This document shows, piece by piece, positions 45,073 to 54,239 of a stretch of DNA of 58,180 nucleotides. The notes beneath the pieces were generated by a model that was not told where the DNA came from, searched no databases, and worked only from the letters and a program-made list of their open reading frames with translations. A program made the translations under genes and the position numbers. The stretch's first letter is position 1. Each line of letters opens with the position of its first letter. This DNA is from Candidatus Chazhemtobacterium aquaticus (GTDB taxonomy: Bacteria > Patescibacteriota > Microgenomatia > UBA1400 > Chazhemtobacteraceae): positions 1-58,180 of the forward strand of contig NZ_CP047901.1 of NCBI RefSeq assembly GCF_009936135.1, written 5' to 3'.

Positions 45073-46155
45073 CTATCCAATCACCCCACCACCCAGTAGT
45101 TCATCACCTTCATAAAACACCGCCGCCTGACCTGCCGCCACTCCTCTCTGTGGTTCATCAAGCTCAACTCTCATTTTCTCACCACTCCACTCTCCTCTTG
45201 CTCCAATCAATTTGCCCCCATGCCGAATTCTTACCCTAAAACCATCCTCACTTACTCTCTTACTCCACACCCAGCTTAAATCACTAACCATCAAACTCTC
45301 CCTATATGTCTCAGCCCCAAACCCAACCACCAACCTATTGTTCTTTACATCCTTGTCCACTACATAAAAAACCGGAATCTCTCCTCCGAACTTTTTCTGA
45401 AAATTAGCACTCACTTGCCAACCACCTCTCTGGCCAATTGTGTAAAACCAAACACCCCTGTGCTTACCCACTACTCTTCCGCTTGTATCCACTACCTCGC
45501 CTTCATTATCCTGCAGCCTCCTATGCAAAAACTCGCTTATATCTACATCCCCCACAAAACATATCCCCTGACTATCTTTCTTATCCGCCACTGGCAAACC
45601 AACCTCACTCGCAATTTTTCTCACCTCTTTTTTCTCATAACTCCCCAAGGGAAACATTGCCCGACCCAACTCCTCCTGACCCAATCGGTACAGAAAATAG
45701 GTCTGGTCCTTCCATTTATCCTTAGGCATAAACAAACCCCATCTTGTCTGATCCTCTTCCTCAACTTTCCTGACCTCTGCATAATGACCAGTCGCTATCT
45801 TGTCAAAACCCTCGCTTCTCGCCCACTCCAAAAACATACCAAACTTTATCTCACTGTTACACCAAACATCCGGGTTTGGTGTCAAACCCTTAGCATAATC
45901 ATCATAAAACCGATCAATCACCCTCTCCTTGTACTCCTTTTGAAAGTCTAACACCCCAAAGGGTATCTCTAATGCCATTGCCACTTTTAAAGCATCCTGA
46001 CGGTCCCTCGATGCTTTACACCCCGGTCCTTCATCCCAACACACCAGGTGCACACCAACTACATCATATCCCTCACGTTTAAGCAGATAAGCGCTCACCG
46101 CACTATCCACCCCACCGCTTAATCCGACAGCTACTTTTTCGCGACTCATGGGCAC
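45073..46155 (-). CDS. mnmA: tRNA 2-thiouridine(34) synthase MnmA
   Basis: PP-loop VAVGLSGGVDSAV. Conserved NPDVWCNSEIKF and DQTYFL motifs, and a C-terminal barrel. Confidence 0.9.
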   Translation of the reverse strand: MPMSREKVAVGLSGGVDSAVSAYLLKREGYDVVGVHLVCWDEGPGCKASRDRQDALKVAMALEIPFGVLDFQKEYKERVIDRFYDDYAKGLTPNPDVWCNSEIKFGMFLEWARSEGFDKIATGHYAEVRKVEEEDQTRWGLFMPKDKWKDQTYFLYRLGQEELGRAMFPLGSYEKKEVRKIASEVGLPVADKKDSQGICFVGDVDISEFLHRRLQDNEGEVVDTSGRVVGKHRGVWFYTIGQRGGWQVSANFQKKFGGEIPVFYVVDKDVKNNRLVVGFGAETYRESLMVSDLSWVWSKRVSEDGFRVRIRHGGKLIGARGEWSGEKMRVELDEPQRGVAAGQAAVFYEGDELLGGGVIG

Positions 46156-46174
46156 AATTATACTACTCCTAGCC

Positions 46175-47056
46175 TCACATAGCCACCACTTTTATCATCT
46201 CTGCCGCCACATTCACACCCGTTCTCTTCTCAAAATACTTAAACTGAGCCGTTCTGTTTATCTCCAATACCACCCAATCCTGCTTCTCCTCGTCCCAAGC
46301 TACGTCTAAACCTGCATAATCAATCGCAAACAACTCACACGCCCTCAAACACAACTCTCTAAGCCTCCTCATCTTTTTCTCACTTAATTTAACCAACTTA
46401 CCTTCCTCACCCTCATATTTACTCTTCTGTCTATGTCTCATCTCACCTAAATACTTACCTCCCACCACAATACAGCGATACCACTGTTTTATCTTCAACT
46501 TTGGCTGCACCAACACCTCTCCCGTCTTGTATCCTTTCATCACCTCCTCAAATCCATCCCAGTCTCGAACCAACTTAACTGCCCTACCATGGCTACCAAA
46601 CCGCCCCTTAACCACCATTGGAAAATTAAACCACGGCTCTTCCTCAAAATCCTCCCAACCTGATTTACTCCCAAAACTCACAAAATCAACCGTTGATACT
46701 CCATACTTTGCCAACACCAAGCCCTGTTCCAACTTACCCATCAATGGAAACTTCTCAAAACTCTCTCCATTCAACACTTTTGCCCTACCATCTCTCTTTA
46801 ACATCTCCAGCACCGCTGTCTTTGTTCCCACCATCGAACTTCCTTTTTTACTAGAGGCTCGCATCACCACCACCTCATAATCATCCAACCTTCTCTTCTT
46901 CCGCAAATCTATCTCCACCTTACCTCCACTCACTCCTAAACTAATCTGTCCGTACTTAACCAAATCAACCTCATATCCCATCTTTCTACCCTCCTCTGCC
47001 AATCTTACTGGCTCATACTCCTTCACAAACCGAGTTAATATCAACATTTTTTTCAT
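46175..47056 (-). CDS. RimK-like ATP-grasp ligase (paralog 1)
   Basis: 293 aa with ATP-grasp core motifs (PMVVKGRFGSHGRAVKLV; LVQPKL; YAGLDVAWDEE..WVVLEINRTAQF). Confidence 0.8.
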   Translation of the reverse strand: MKKMLILTRFVKEYEPVRLAEEGRKMGYEVDLVKYGQISLGVSGGKVEIDLRKKRRLDDYEVVVMRASSKKGSSMVGTKTAVLEMLKRDGRAKVLNGESFEKFPLMGKLEQGLVLAKYGVSTVDFVSFGSKSGWEDFEEEPWFNFPMVVKGRFGSHGRAVKLVRDWDGFEEVMKGYKTGEVLVQPKLKIKQWYRCIVVGGKYLGEMRHRQKSKYEGEEGKLVKLSEKKMRRLRELCLRACELFAIDYAGLDVAWDEEKQDWVVLEINRTAQFKYFEKRTGVNVAAEMIKVVAM

Positions 47057-47095
47057 GTTCCCATCTTATCACCCCCACCTGTTTTTAAGAATCCT

Positions 47096-48007
47096 TTACC
47101 TCTCAGCCTTCCCCACCAAGTACTCCACAATCATCTTTACAATATTTTTACCTGTCCTTTTCTCCATCACCCTAAACTCCGGTGCTTCGTTTACCTCAAC
47201 CACATACACCTTTCCATCTCGACTATCTTTCACTAAATCAATTCCCGCCACCTCCACCTCCACTGCTCGAGCCGCCGCCTCTGCCACCTCTACCACCTCA
47301 CTTGGCACCTCCTTAAGTCCTTCCGATCTCCCCAGCGACTTATTCATCACCAACTTTTCTTCCTTAGCCTGTCTCTTAAAACCCGCCACCACTTTGTATC
47401 CCACCACAAAAACTCGATAATCCCCATCATTAGGTATATACGGTTGAATCAAAAACCCTCTAAAGACTGGTACCTCCCTACCTTCCTCAACTGCAACTCT
47501 TTTTCTTTCCTCCAACTTCTCTGCCAACTCATCCAAATCCTCTCTTTTCCTAATCCAAAAGGTCCCCATCCCATGTCTGCCTCCCTTGCTTAACTTAACC
47601 ACTACCGGCAACTCCCAATTATCTAACTCACTCACTAAATCAGCCAGCTTCTCTACCAAAACTGTTTTAGGATAACTTACCCCTTTCTCAATTAACTGCC
47701 ACCCCATTACTGCCTTAAATCGTCGCAACGGACCCTCTGTCCCCAGATACTCATCCACCATTGGAATCTTATGTTTTCGCGCATACAAATCAAGCAATTT
47801 ACTCCACTCCAACTCTGATCCCACTGCTCGAAAGTAAAACAAATCAAAATCACTTAACTTCATATCTCCAAAATATATCTCGGTGTCCTGCAAACTAAGC
47901 TGCCGATACTTAATCGGCACTATCTCAATCCCCAGCTTCAGCCCTTCCTCCACAAACCGCTTATGAGTCTCAAATTTATCCAGTCTATAAAAATATGCAA
48001 TTTTCAT
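47096..48007 (-). CDS. RimK-like ATP-grasp ligase (paralog 2)
   Basis: 303 aa with PVVVKLSKGGRHGMGTF, FLIQPYIPNDGDYRVFVVG and VAGIDLV..KVYVVEVNEAPEF. Confidence 0.8.
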   Translation of the reverse strand: MKIAYFYRLDKFETHKRFVEEGLKLGIEIVPIKYRQLSLQDTEIYFGDMKLSDFDLFYFRAVGSELEWSKLLDLYARKHKIPMVDEYLGTEGPLRRFKAVMGWQLIEKGVSYPKTVLVEKLADLVSELDNWELPVVVKLSKGGRHGMGTFWIRKREDLDELAEKLEERKRVAVEEGREVPVFRGFLIQPYIPNDGDYRVFVVGYKVVAGFKRQAKEEKLVMNKSLGRSEGLKEVPSEVVEVAEAAARAVEVEVAGIDLVKDSRDGKVYVVEVNEAPEFRVMEKRTGKNIVKMIVEYLVGKAER

Positions 48008-48011
48008 ACTC

Positions 48012-49316
48012 CTATCTTACTCTAACTAACCGAGGATCAATCAGAAACTCCTTCAAGTCTTTTCTCCCTAAAATCATCTTTGTTCGTAATCCATGCCTAT
48101 TAGTCACACTTGCCTGCGCCCTAAATCTCACTCCTTTAAGCTTCATGTCCACCTCAATGATCTTCCGTCTTTCCTTACCTAAAGCTGACCGAAAAGTTCT
48201 CTCCCATAACACATGCTCCTGGCTCAATAACCCCAACTCAGTCGCCAATTCTTCGTCAATACTTGAACGAAAAGCTCCCGTGTCAAGCTTTGCCCTCACC
48301 TCAACCCGCTTACCCTTATGTGGCTTTAATCTCACCGTTTCAAACACCCCCACCACCTGTTTCTCACCCGGTACCCCTCTCACTCGATGAGAAAACTTTG
48401 AAGCAAACAATGCCTTAGCCACTCTGACTGCTTTTTCCACGTCCTCAATCTCTATCCCCTCAACCCGCTCCAACCTTCGCTTCAATCCAGTCATATTCGC
48501 CAGCTGGATCGACAGCCCGGGCTGATCATTGATCTCAATCACCATTGGACCCCTTTCCTTATCAAGCAAAATATCTACTCCAAAGTAACCCAAGCCTGGT
48601 CGTTTAAACTGGATTCTACTCGCCGTTTCAAGCACTTTATTCCAAAAAGGTATCGCAATCCCATTCACCTTTTTCTTAGTTCCCGGAAAGTGCTTAATCC
48701 TCCTATCATGATGTACTGCATGGGTCGTTATCCCTGTAGCCAAATCCACCCCCAAACCAATGGCTCCCTGATGCAAGTTGCTCTTCCCCTTACTTTCCTC
48801 CGTTGGCACTCTAAGCATCGCCATCACCGGCACCCTATTAAACACAATCACTCTTACATCCGGAGTTCCCCCCACTGCTACCTTAACAAACTTCGGGTGA
48901 ATCTTGACCCGTCTCTCAATCAAAGCCCTATCCGGCAAGTTATTTCTACTATACCTTCCTTCAATAATATCGTTAGCATGAAGTTTCAAGTCACCCACTC
49001 CGACCTTGCCTCCATCCATCAACAGCCACTCACCCGCATACTTAGCCGGCTTTTTTACCACCATGATCCCCGATCCACCCAATCCATCTACTGGCTTGAT
49101 TACAAAACCATCATCCAAAGAATTCCAGTCAAACTCCTCTACCTCTTGAGACGAACCAAGCAATCCCAAGATCTCTGGATGCGGTATCTTGTACTTCCGC
49201 AAAAACTGCTTGGTCAGCATCTTTGAATCAGCCGTCTTTCTAGACTGCTTCTTGTTCAAGCCCAAGTAATATTTGCTCCGGGCATTAATCCCTAAGATAT
49301 CCTTCGCATTAGCCAT
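48012..49316 (-). CDS. Alpha-L-glutamate-ligase-like ATP-grasp fused to a retropepsin-like (RimB/'ATP-dependent Zn protease' PF05618-type) domain
   Basis: The N-terminal ILGINARSKYYLGLNKKQSRKTADSKMLTKQFL and the body (VIKPVDGLGGSGI; YFGVDILLDKERGPMVIEINDQPG) match the RimK-related E-ligase-like family. The C-terminal part is VGVFETVRLKPHKGKRVEVRAKLDTGAFRSSI...VTNRHGLRTKMILGRKDLKEFLIDP. It carries the DTGA aspartic-protease signature and the LGR..L..FL(I/V)DP ending of that domain. Confidence 0.8.
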   Translation of the reverse strand: MANAKDILGINARSKYYLGLNKKQSRKTADSKMLTKQFLRKYKIPHPEILGLLGSSQEVEEFDWNSLDDGFVIKPVDGLGGSGIMVVKKPAKYAGEWLLMDGGKVGVGDLKLHANDIIEGRYSRNNLPDRALIERRVKIHPKFVKVAVGGTPDVRVIVFNRVPVMAMLRVPTEESKGKSNLHQGAIGLGVDLATGITTHAVHHDRRIKHFPGTKKKVNGIAIPFWNKVLETASRIQFKRPGLGYFGVDILLDKERGPMVIEINDQPGLSIQLANMTGLKRRLERVEGIEIEDVEKAVRVAKALFASKFSHRVRGVPGEKQVVGVFETVRLKPHKGKRVEVRAKLDTGAFRSSIDEELATELGLLSQEHVLWERTFRSALGKERRKIIEVDMKLKGVRFRAQASVTNRHGLRTKMILGRKDLKEFLIDPRLVRVR

Positions 49317-49318
49317 TT

Positions 49319-50302
49319 TTATCTCTCCAACAATTTACGAAACCGCCACCTCTCCAACAACCGCAAACCATCATATCTCCCAATTAAAACATCCAAAACC
49401 ACAATCGCTACCACCGCAATCTCAGGATTAAGCAGTACCCACTCCTGCAAACCCTGAGTACTCATAACCAAGAAACTCAACAAAGCCAGCAACAATGTCT
49501 GACCTGTCATTACCAAGGCTGTTTTTAAGGTCGTTGTAATCTGCACCTCTATAAAAGTCTCTACCAAGAGAATCAGTAACAAAATCGGGAAGATACTAAT
49601 CTTCACCAAACCCTCTAACTTCAACCATGGAGATGCCAACATCAAGCCCAACACCCCCATCGACACAAACCAGATCAACAAAGCCATACGTGGTAAAGAC
49701 GGCAACTTTAGCTTCCTCATCACCATTCTAGCCAACGTTGCCATCAACAAAATCCCGCCAAACAAAATTACTCCCACCGTCACTCCAGTTGCCAAAAATG
49801 CCACCGCGATCACCGCTGGAGTAAAAATTCCAAACCCATGCAGACCCACCACATGCCTGGCCGCTGCGATCAGCGCCGCTACCAACGGAAACAGCATCAT
49901 CAACACTATCGTATTCGCTGGTACCCCATTACTTACCGCTCTCCTAATCGCCACCTGCAAAAAATTGGCCACTCCAAGCTGGCCCACCTCCTTAGAATCA
50001 AGCACTCTCTCCAATCTTGTCTTGGCTTCTTTAGGCTCAGTCAAGTCATCTTTAGGTGGTTTAACTTCTTGCACTGCTGCAGCTGTTGCCTCCTCAGCTG
50101 ACATGCTTGCCTCACCTGGCTCACTAGACATCGTTGCCACCAACATATCTTCTCCCACTTGAGCTCTCACCTCACCAGTTACCACCAATAATCCCAACAC
50201 CACCAATAGTAATATCCCTTTTTTCATCATTTCTCGCCTCTGCCTCAACCTAAATTCTAACTCTAAAGCGAATTCTACCAAACGCCCGTGCCTAAGTGTC
50301 AA
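49319..50302 (-). CDS. 7-TM membrane protein of the 'inactive transglutaminase-associated 7TM' type
   Basis: 327 aa. A signal/TM segment is followed by a soluble acidic segment and then seven hydrophobic helices. The C-terminal IGRYDGLRLLERWRF matches the conserved ending of that 7TM family. It sits 2 nt upstream of the ATP-grasp/retropepsin gene. Confidence 0.65.
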   Translation of the reverse strand: MTLRHGRLVEFALELEFRLRQRREMMKKGILLLVVLGLLVVTGEVRAQVGEDMLVATMSSEPGEASMSAEEATAAAVQEVKPPKDDLTEPKEAKTRLERVLDSKEVGQLGVANFLQVAIRRAVSNGVPANTIVLMMLFPLVAALIAAARHVVGLHGFGIFTPAVIAVAFLATGVTVGVILFGGILLMATLARMVMRKLKLPSLPRMALLIWFVSMGVLGLMLASPWLKLEGLVKISIFPILLLILLVETFIEVQITTTLKTALVMTGQTLLLALLSFLVMSTQGLQEWVLLNPEIAVVAIVVLDVLIGRYDGLRLLERWRFRKLLER

Positions 50303-52137
50303 ACAACAGTTACATCACTATACCGATGTCCATCATCACTTAATCTTCGTTCAATCTCCAGCTTGGCCTCACTACCTACCCCTGCCACCACCAACTCAAA
50401 AGTATAAAGTTGACCATCGCCCTCGGTTTTACCCAATCTGATCACCCCCCCAAATTCACTAATCAATCCGCTCACCTCAGCCATTATCCCCCTCTCATCC
50501 CGACCTGCCAGCCTTATCTTCATCAATCCCGACCTCACCCCCTCCAACTCACTTCTCTCAAATACCCTAACTACCTCCTCTACTGCCCTATTTCCCAATC
50601 CCATCTCTAAATACAGCTCCTCAATATCTCTAACTCCAAGCTCCATCAACACCAAGCGCATCTTCTTCCGTTCATTCTCACCCCAAACCAAGTCATTCAA
50701 ATCATCAAATCCCTTCGACTTCATCCAGGATGTTAACAAACCTCTGCCACGCTCAAGATCAGCCGTCGCTCCAATCTCTTTAGCTATCTCCTCTAACTTC
50801 TCTCTTGTTTTAGGCAACATCGCATACTCAAACAATCCAACATCCACCCCATTACCCTCCTTCATTACCAGTCTCACCACCGCTGCATTTGGAATATTAA
50901 TACTCAAAGGAAACTCTCTATCATCAACCAATATTGATCCCACACTATGTAATAACTGCGGATCAATACTCACCACCAAATCCACCCCAGTTGCTTCCTC
51001 AGGTAAAAACTTAATCACCCTCCCCTCAGTATCAAAAAATAGCTTTAGACTGTACCTGCTCACATCCTCTCCCCTTCTCAAACCTCTCACCACCCCCCAA
51101 GCATTAAACTCCTCCATCTCCTCAGTTACAAATGCTACCTCTGTTGATCCTTCTTTTAGTCTTAATCCCTCATGCATCGCCCGATACCCGTTATACGTCT
51201 TTTCTGTTATGTAATCATCCGCCCTTTGTGGATCAACCAATCCATCCTCGCTTACCCTTATATACTGACTAGCCATCCGGCAATCAAGTTCACTAGGCAA
51301 TACCACCCTAAAACTAACTAACTGAACCTGTGAAAAATCTCTAGCTCGCATGCTCTCCCTTTTCTTAACTGCCTCCCAATATCCCATCACCTGCCACTCA
51401 ACTCTACCCTCAACTCCCATCTCAACCAACATTCTCTCCAATCTTGTCTGCCAATGATACAAAAACTCTCTTCTTAGCCTCAAGTCACTATCTATCCTTC
51501 TCTTAGCCTCCTCCATCTTCTCTGGATATAGATAAAACACCGACAAATCCTCCAGTTTTCGTTTTACCTCCCACACCCCCAAAGACTCAGCCAGTGGCAC
51601 ATACACCTCAAACGTTTCTCTCGCTTTAGCAATCCTCTTTTCCTGAGGCATCGGCTCTAACGTCATCATATTATGCGTCCTGTCGGCTAGCTTAATCAAC
51701 GCCACCCGTGGATCCAAGCCACTCTCTCTTACCACCCTCTTTGTCGTCTCAATATCCTCCTGTCTCTTTGTTCTTCCCGTTCCCTTTAACTCAGTTACAC
51801 AACCAACCAACTTTGCCACCTCTGCACCAAACTTAGCTTCCAATTCCTCCAAACTTACTCCAGCATCCTCAACCACATCATGAAGCAACGCAGCTGCCAA
51901 AATCTGTTCATCATCTATACCCATCACCTCTCTAACCAAACTAGCTACCGCCACCAAATGATCGGTATAATCAGAGCCATCCCTTCGTTTCTGACCTGCA
52001 TGTTTCTCCAGTACAAAATCATATGCCTGTCTTTCAAGCTCACTACCAGATTGATACTCCTCTGTTTTTAACGCAAATCCCCATCCCTTTCTTAACTCAA
52101 AATCAACTCTATGTATATCTCTCTCCAATCCTGACAT
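50299..52137 (-). CDS. RelA/SpoT homolog (long RSH): intact HD hydrolase domain, degenerate synthetase domain, TGS and ACT domains
   Basis: HD motifs are HLVAVA, LLHDVVED and IKLADRTHNMMTL. The synthetase-region equivalents are altered:
- GRxKxxxSI is replaced by MGYWEAVKK.
- DLxxxR is replaced by QLVSFR.
- YQSLHT is replaced by YRAMHE.
- EVQIRT is replaced by EVAFVT.
The C-terminal ACT-like segment is IRLAGRDERGIMAEVSGLISEFGGVI. The gene overlaps the downstream 7TM gene by 4 nt. Confidence 0.85.
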   Translation of the reverse strand: MSGLERDIHRVDFELRKGWGFALKTEEYQSGSELERQAYDFVLEKHAGQKRRDGSDYTDHLVAVASLVREVMGIDDEQILAAALLHDVVEDAGVSLEELEAKFGAEVAKLVGCVTELKGTGRTKRQEDIETTKRVVRESGLDPRVALIKLADRTHNMMTLEPMPQEKRIAKARETFEVYVPLAESLGVWEVKRKLEDLSVFYLYPEKMEEAKRRIDSDLRLRREFLYHWQTRLERMLVEMGVEGRVEWQVMGYWEAVKKRESMRARDFSQVQLVSFRVVLPSELDCRMASQYIRVSEDGLVDPQRADDYITEKTYNGYRAMHEGLRLKEGSTEVAFVTEEMEEFNAWGVVRGLRRGEDVSRYSLKLFFDTEGRVIKFLPEEATGVDLVVSIDPQLLHSVGSILVDDREFPLSINIPNAAVVRLVMKEGNGVDVGLFEYAMLPKTREKLEEIAKEIGATADLERGRGLLTSWMKSKGFDDLNDLVWGENERKKMRLVLMELGVRDIEELYLEMGLGNRAVEEVVRVFERSELEGVRSGLMKIRLAGRDERGIMAEVSGLISEFGGVIRLGKTEGDGQLYTFELVVAGVGSEAKLEIERRLSDDGHRYSDVTVV

Positions 52138-52223
52138 CTTACTCCCAGATCATACAAAAAAATCATCCAAAAAGCAAATACTACAGGACACAACGCTCCT
52201 TTACCATTTCCGTCGTAAACCGA

Positions 52224-53465
52224 CTATTCCATCTCTACTACTCCAAAATCTTTCTTTCCCTTCCTTACCAAAAAATACTTATCATAAAACAACTCGTAAC
52301 TTACACCGTTTTGTTCAACTACTCTTCGAGCCTCACTCTTGGAGCTAACTAAACCTAGCTCCACCAACACTTCTTCAATAACTATCTCTGATTTACTCTT
52401 AATCTCCATATGGGGAATTGCCAGCTTAACAAACTCAAAGTCGCTCCTACTCATCCTTTCCTTACCCCGATCGAACAAAACTTGAGCCACTTTACGTGAC
52501 TGCTTTGCCTTTTTCTCACCATGTACTGTTGTCACCAACTCCTCCGCTAAAACCCTTTGCACCAATCTACCCTGACGATCTTTGTCCCAATCGCTCAACA
52601 CCTTCTTAATCACTTTTATGTCTTTAAATGAATAAAACTTTAACAAAGTTGGTGCCAATTCATCACTTACATTAATCAAAAACTGATACAGGCCAAAGGG
52701 ATGAGTCTTTTCAGGATCAAGCCAGATCGCTGATCCAGATTCTGTTTTGCCAAACTTTCTTCCAGTTTTTGGATCAACAATCAATGGAAAAGATAAACCA
52801 TGAGCCGTTTTCTCATACTTCCTTCTAATCAAATCGACTCCTTGCAAGATATTGCCCCACTGGTCAGACCCACCCATCTGCACATTACATCCATGTTTCT
52901 CAAACAATACTGCAAAATCATATGCCTGCAACAACTGATACGAAAACTCTGCGTAAGATAATCCCTGTTCTCGTTCCAACCTTGCTTTCACTGACTCCTT
53001 GTCCATCATTGAACTAACTGGCATATACTTACCCACTTCTCGCAAAAACTCAATCAGCTTAACCTTCCCCAACCAATCAACATTATCAATCATATGCACT
53101 CTCTTACCATCAAAATCCAAAAATCTAGATAATTGTTTCTTCAACTTCCTCTTATTTGCCTCAATCACTTTGTAATCCACCATTGGCCTCTCCGCGTCCT
53201 TTCCAGACGGATCTCCAATCAACGACGTTCCTCCACCCATAATGATAATCGCCTTATGTCCAGCATCTACAAATCTCTTCGCCATCGTCACCCCCATCAA
53301 ATGACCGATGTGCAAACTGTCTCCCGTCGGATCAATCCCAATATACACCGTCACCTCTTTGCTCAAATCCTTGTCCAACCCGGGTGTTGCATCATAAACC
53401 AAACCCCGCCACTTAAGATCTCTCCAAAAATTTTTATCAATCATTGTCATAATTTTATCACTCAT
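52224..53465 (-). CDS. tyrS: Tyrosine--tRNA ligase
   Basis: Class I HIGH motif (DSLHIGHL), KMSKS equivalent KFGKT, GGSDQWGN, and a C-terminal S4-like domain (SKSEARRVVEQNGV). Confidence 0.95.
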   Translation of the reverse strand: MSDKIMTMIDKNFWRDLKWRGLVYDATPGLDKDLSKEVTVYIGIDPTGDSLHIGHLMGVTMAKRFVDAGHKAIIIMGGGTSLIGDPSGKDAERPMVDYKVIEANKRKLKKQLSRFLDFDGKRVHMIDNVDWLGKVKLIEFLREVGKYMPVSSMMDKESVKARLEREQGLSYAEFSYQLLQAYDFAVLFEKHGCNVQMGGSDQWGNILQGVDLIRRKYEKTAHGLSFPLIVDPKTGRKFGKTESGSAIWLDPEKTHPFGLYQFLINVSDELAPTLLKFYSFKDIKVIKKVLSDWDKDRQGRLVQRVLAEELVTTVHGEKKAKQSRKVAQVLFDRGKERMSRSDFEFVKLAIPHMEIKSKSEIVIEEVLVELGLVSSKSEARRVVEQNGVSYELFYDKYFLVRKGKKDFGVVEME

Positions 53466-53468
53466 TAA

Positions 53469-54239
53469 TTACTTAAGTGTCACCATCATCCCATCACGAG
53501 CAAGCAAACACCTTTTTGCCCGCAGAAAATTCTCTATCTCCTTAACATTCTCAGAATGATTTACATGAGTATAAATCACCTCTCGCTTCAATATATCCAC
53601 AGATTTCTCAATTGTCAGATGATTAAATTTTGAAGCAGGATAAGTATTTTCATTTAAGAAAGTCCCATCAAATACAACAACATCAATCATCGCGATTTCC
53701 TTAATCATCTTTTCTGTTATCTCGCTCACATCAGGTGAATACCATACCTTACCTGACGAATCGGATACGATTACAGCCACTGTGGGAAATCCAGGGTCAT
53801 GGGGAACATCGACCAGCTTCACTCCACACTTCTTTGCATTATCCTCACTCACCAACTTAACAAAACCTGACTTGACCATATACTCAATTTCTTGATTGGG
53901 AAACCTTTTCCAAAGTCTCCGAACCCTCTCAGACACCAACACCGGAACCTTACACGGCCGACCTCCAGACAACTCAATTAACCCATTCGCATGATCAAAA
54001 TGAAAATGAGTTATCACAATCAAATCTAAATCTCGAATCTTCAATCCAACACCACTTAATTGCTGACGAAAATCCGGACCACAATCCAATAGAATTCTTG
54101 ACCTTTTTGTCTCAACCAACAAACTACTCCTCAGCCGCTGTTTATTCTTTTTCTTTAAAGCAGCACGGCAATACTTACAGTCGCAATCCACTTGAGGCAA
54201 ACCACCATTAGCGCCAGTTCCCAAAAAAGTTATCTTCAT
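53469..54239 (-). CDS. MBL-fold metallo-hydrolase (PhnP/tRNase Z-like)
   Basis: The N-terminal FLGTGANGGLPQVDCDCKYC has the Cys cluster seen in PhnP/PqqB-like members. The HxHxDH motif is ITHFHFDHANG. The 4-nt overlap (ATGA, 54236-54239) is with the upstream NTase-like gene. The stop (53469-53471) lies 3 nt upstream of the tyrS start at 53465. Confidence 0.8.
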   Translation of the reverse strand: MKITFLGTGANGGLPQVDCDCKYCRAALKKKNKQRLRSSLLVETKRSRILLDCGPDFRQQLSGVGLKIRDLDLIVITHFHFDHANGLIELSGGRPCKVPVLVSERVRRLWKRFPNQEIEYMVKSGFVKLVSEDNAKKCGVKLVDVPHDPGFPTVAVIVSDSSGKVWYSPDVSEITEKMIKEIAMIDVVVFDGTFLNENTYPASKFNHLTIEKSVDILKREVIYTHVNHSENVKEIENFLRAKRCLLARDGMMVTLK

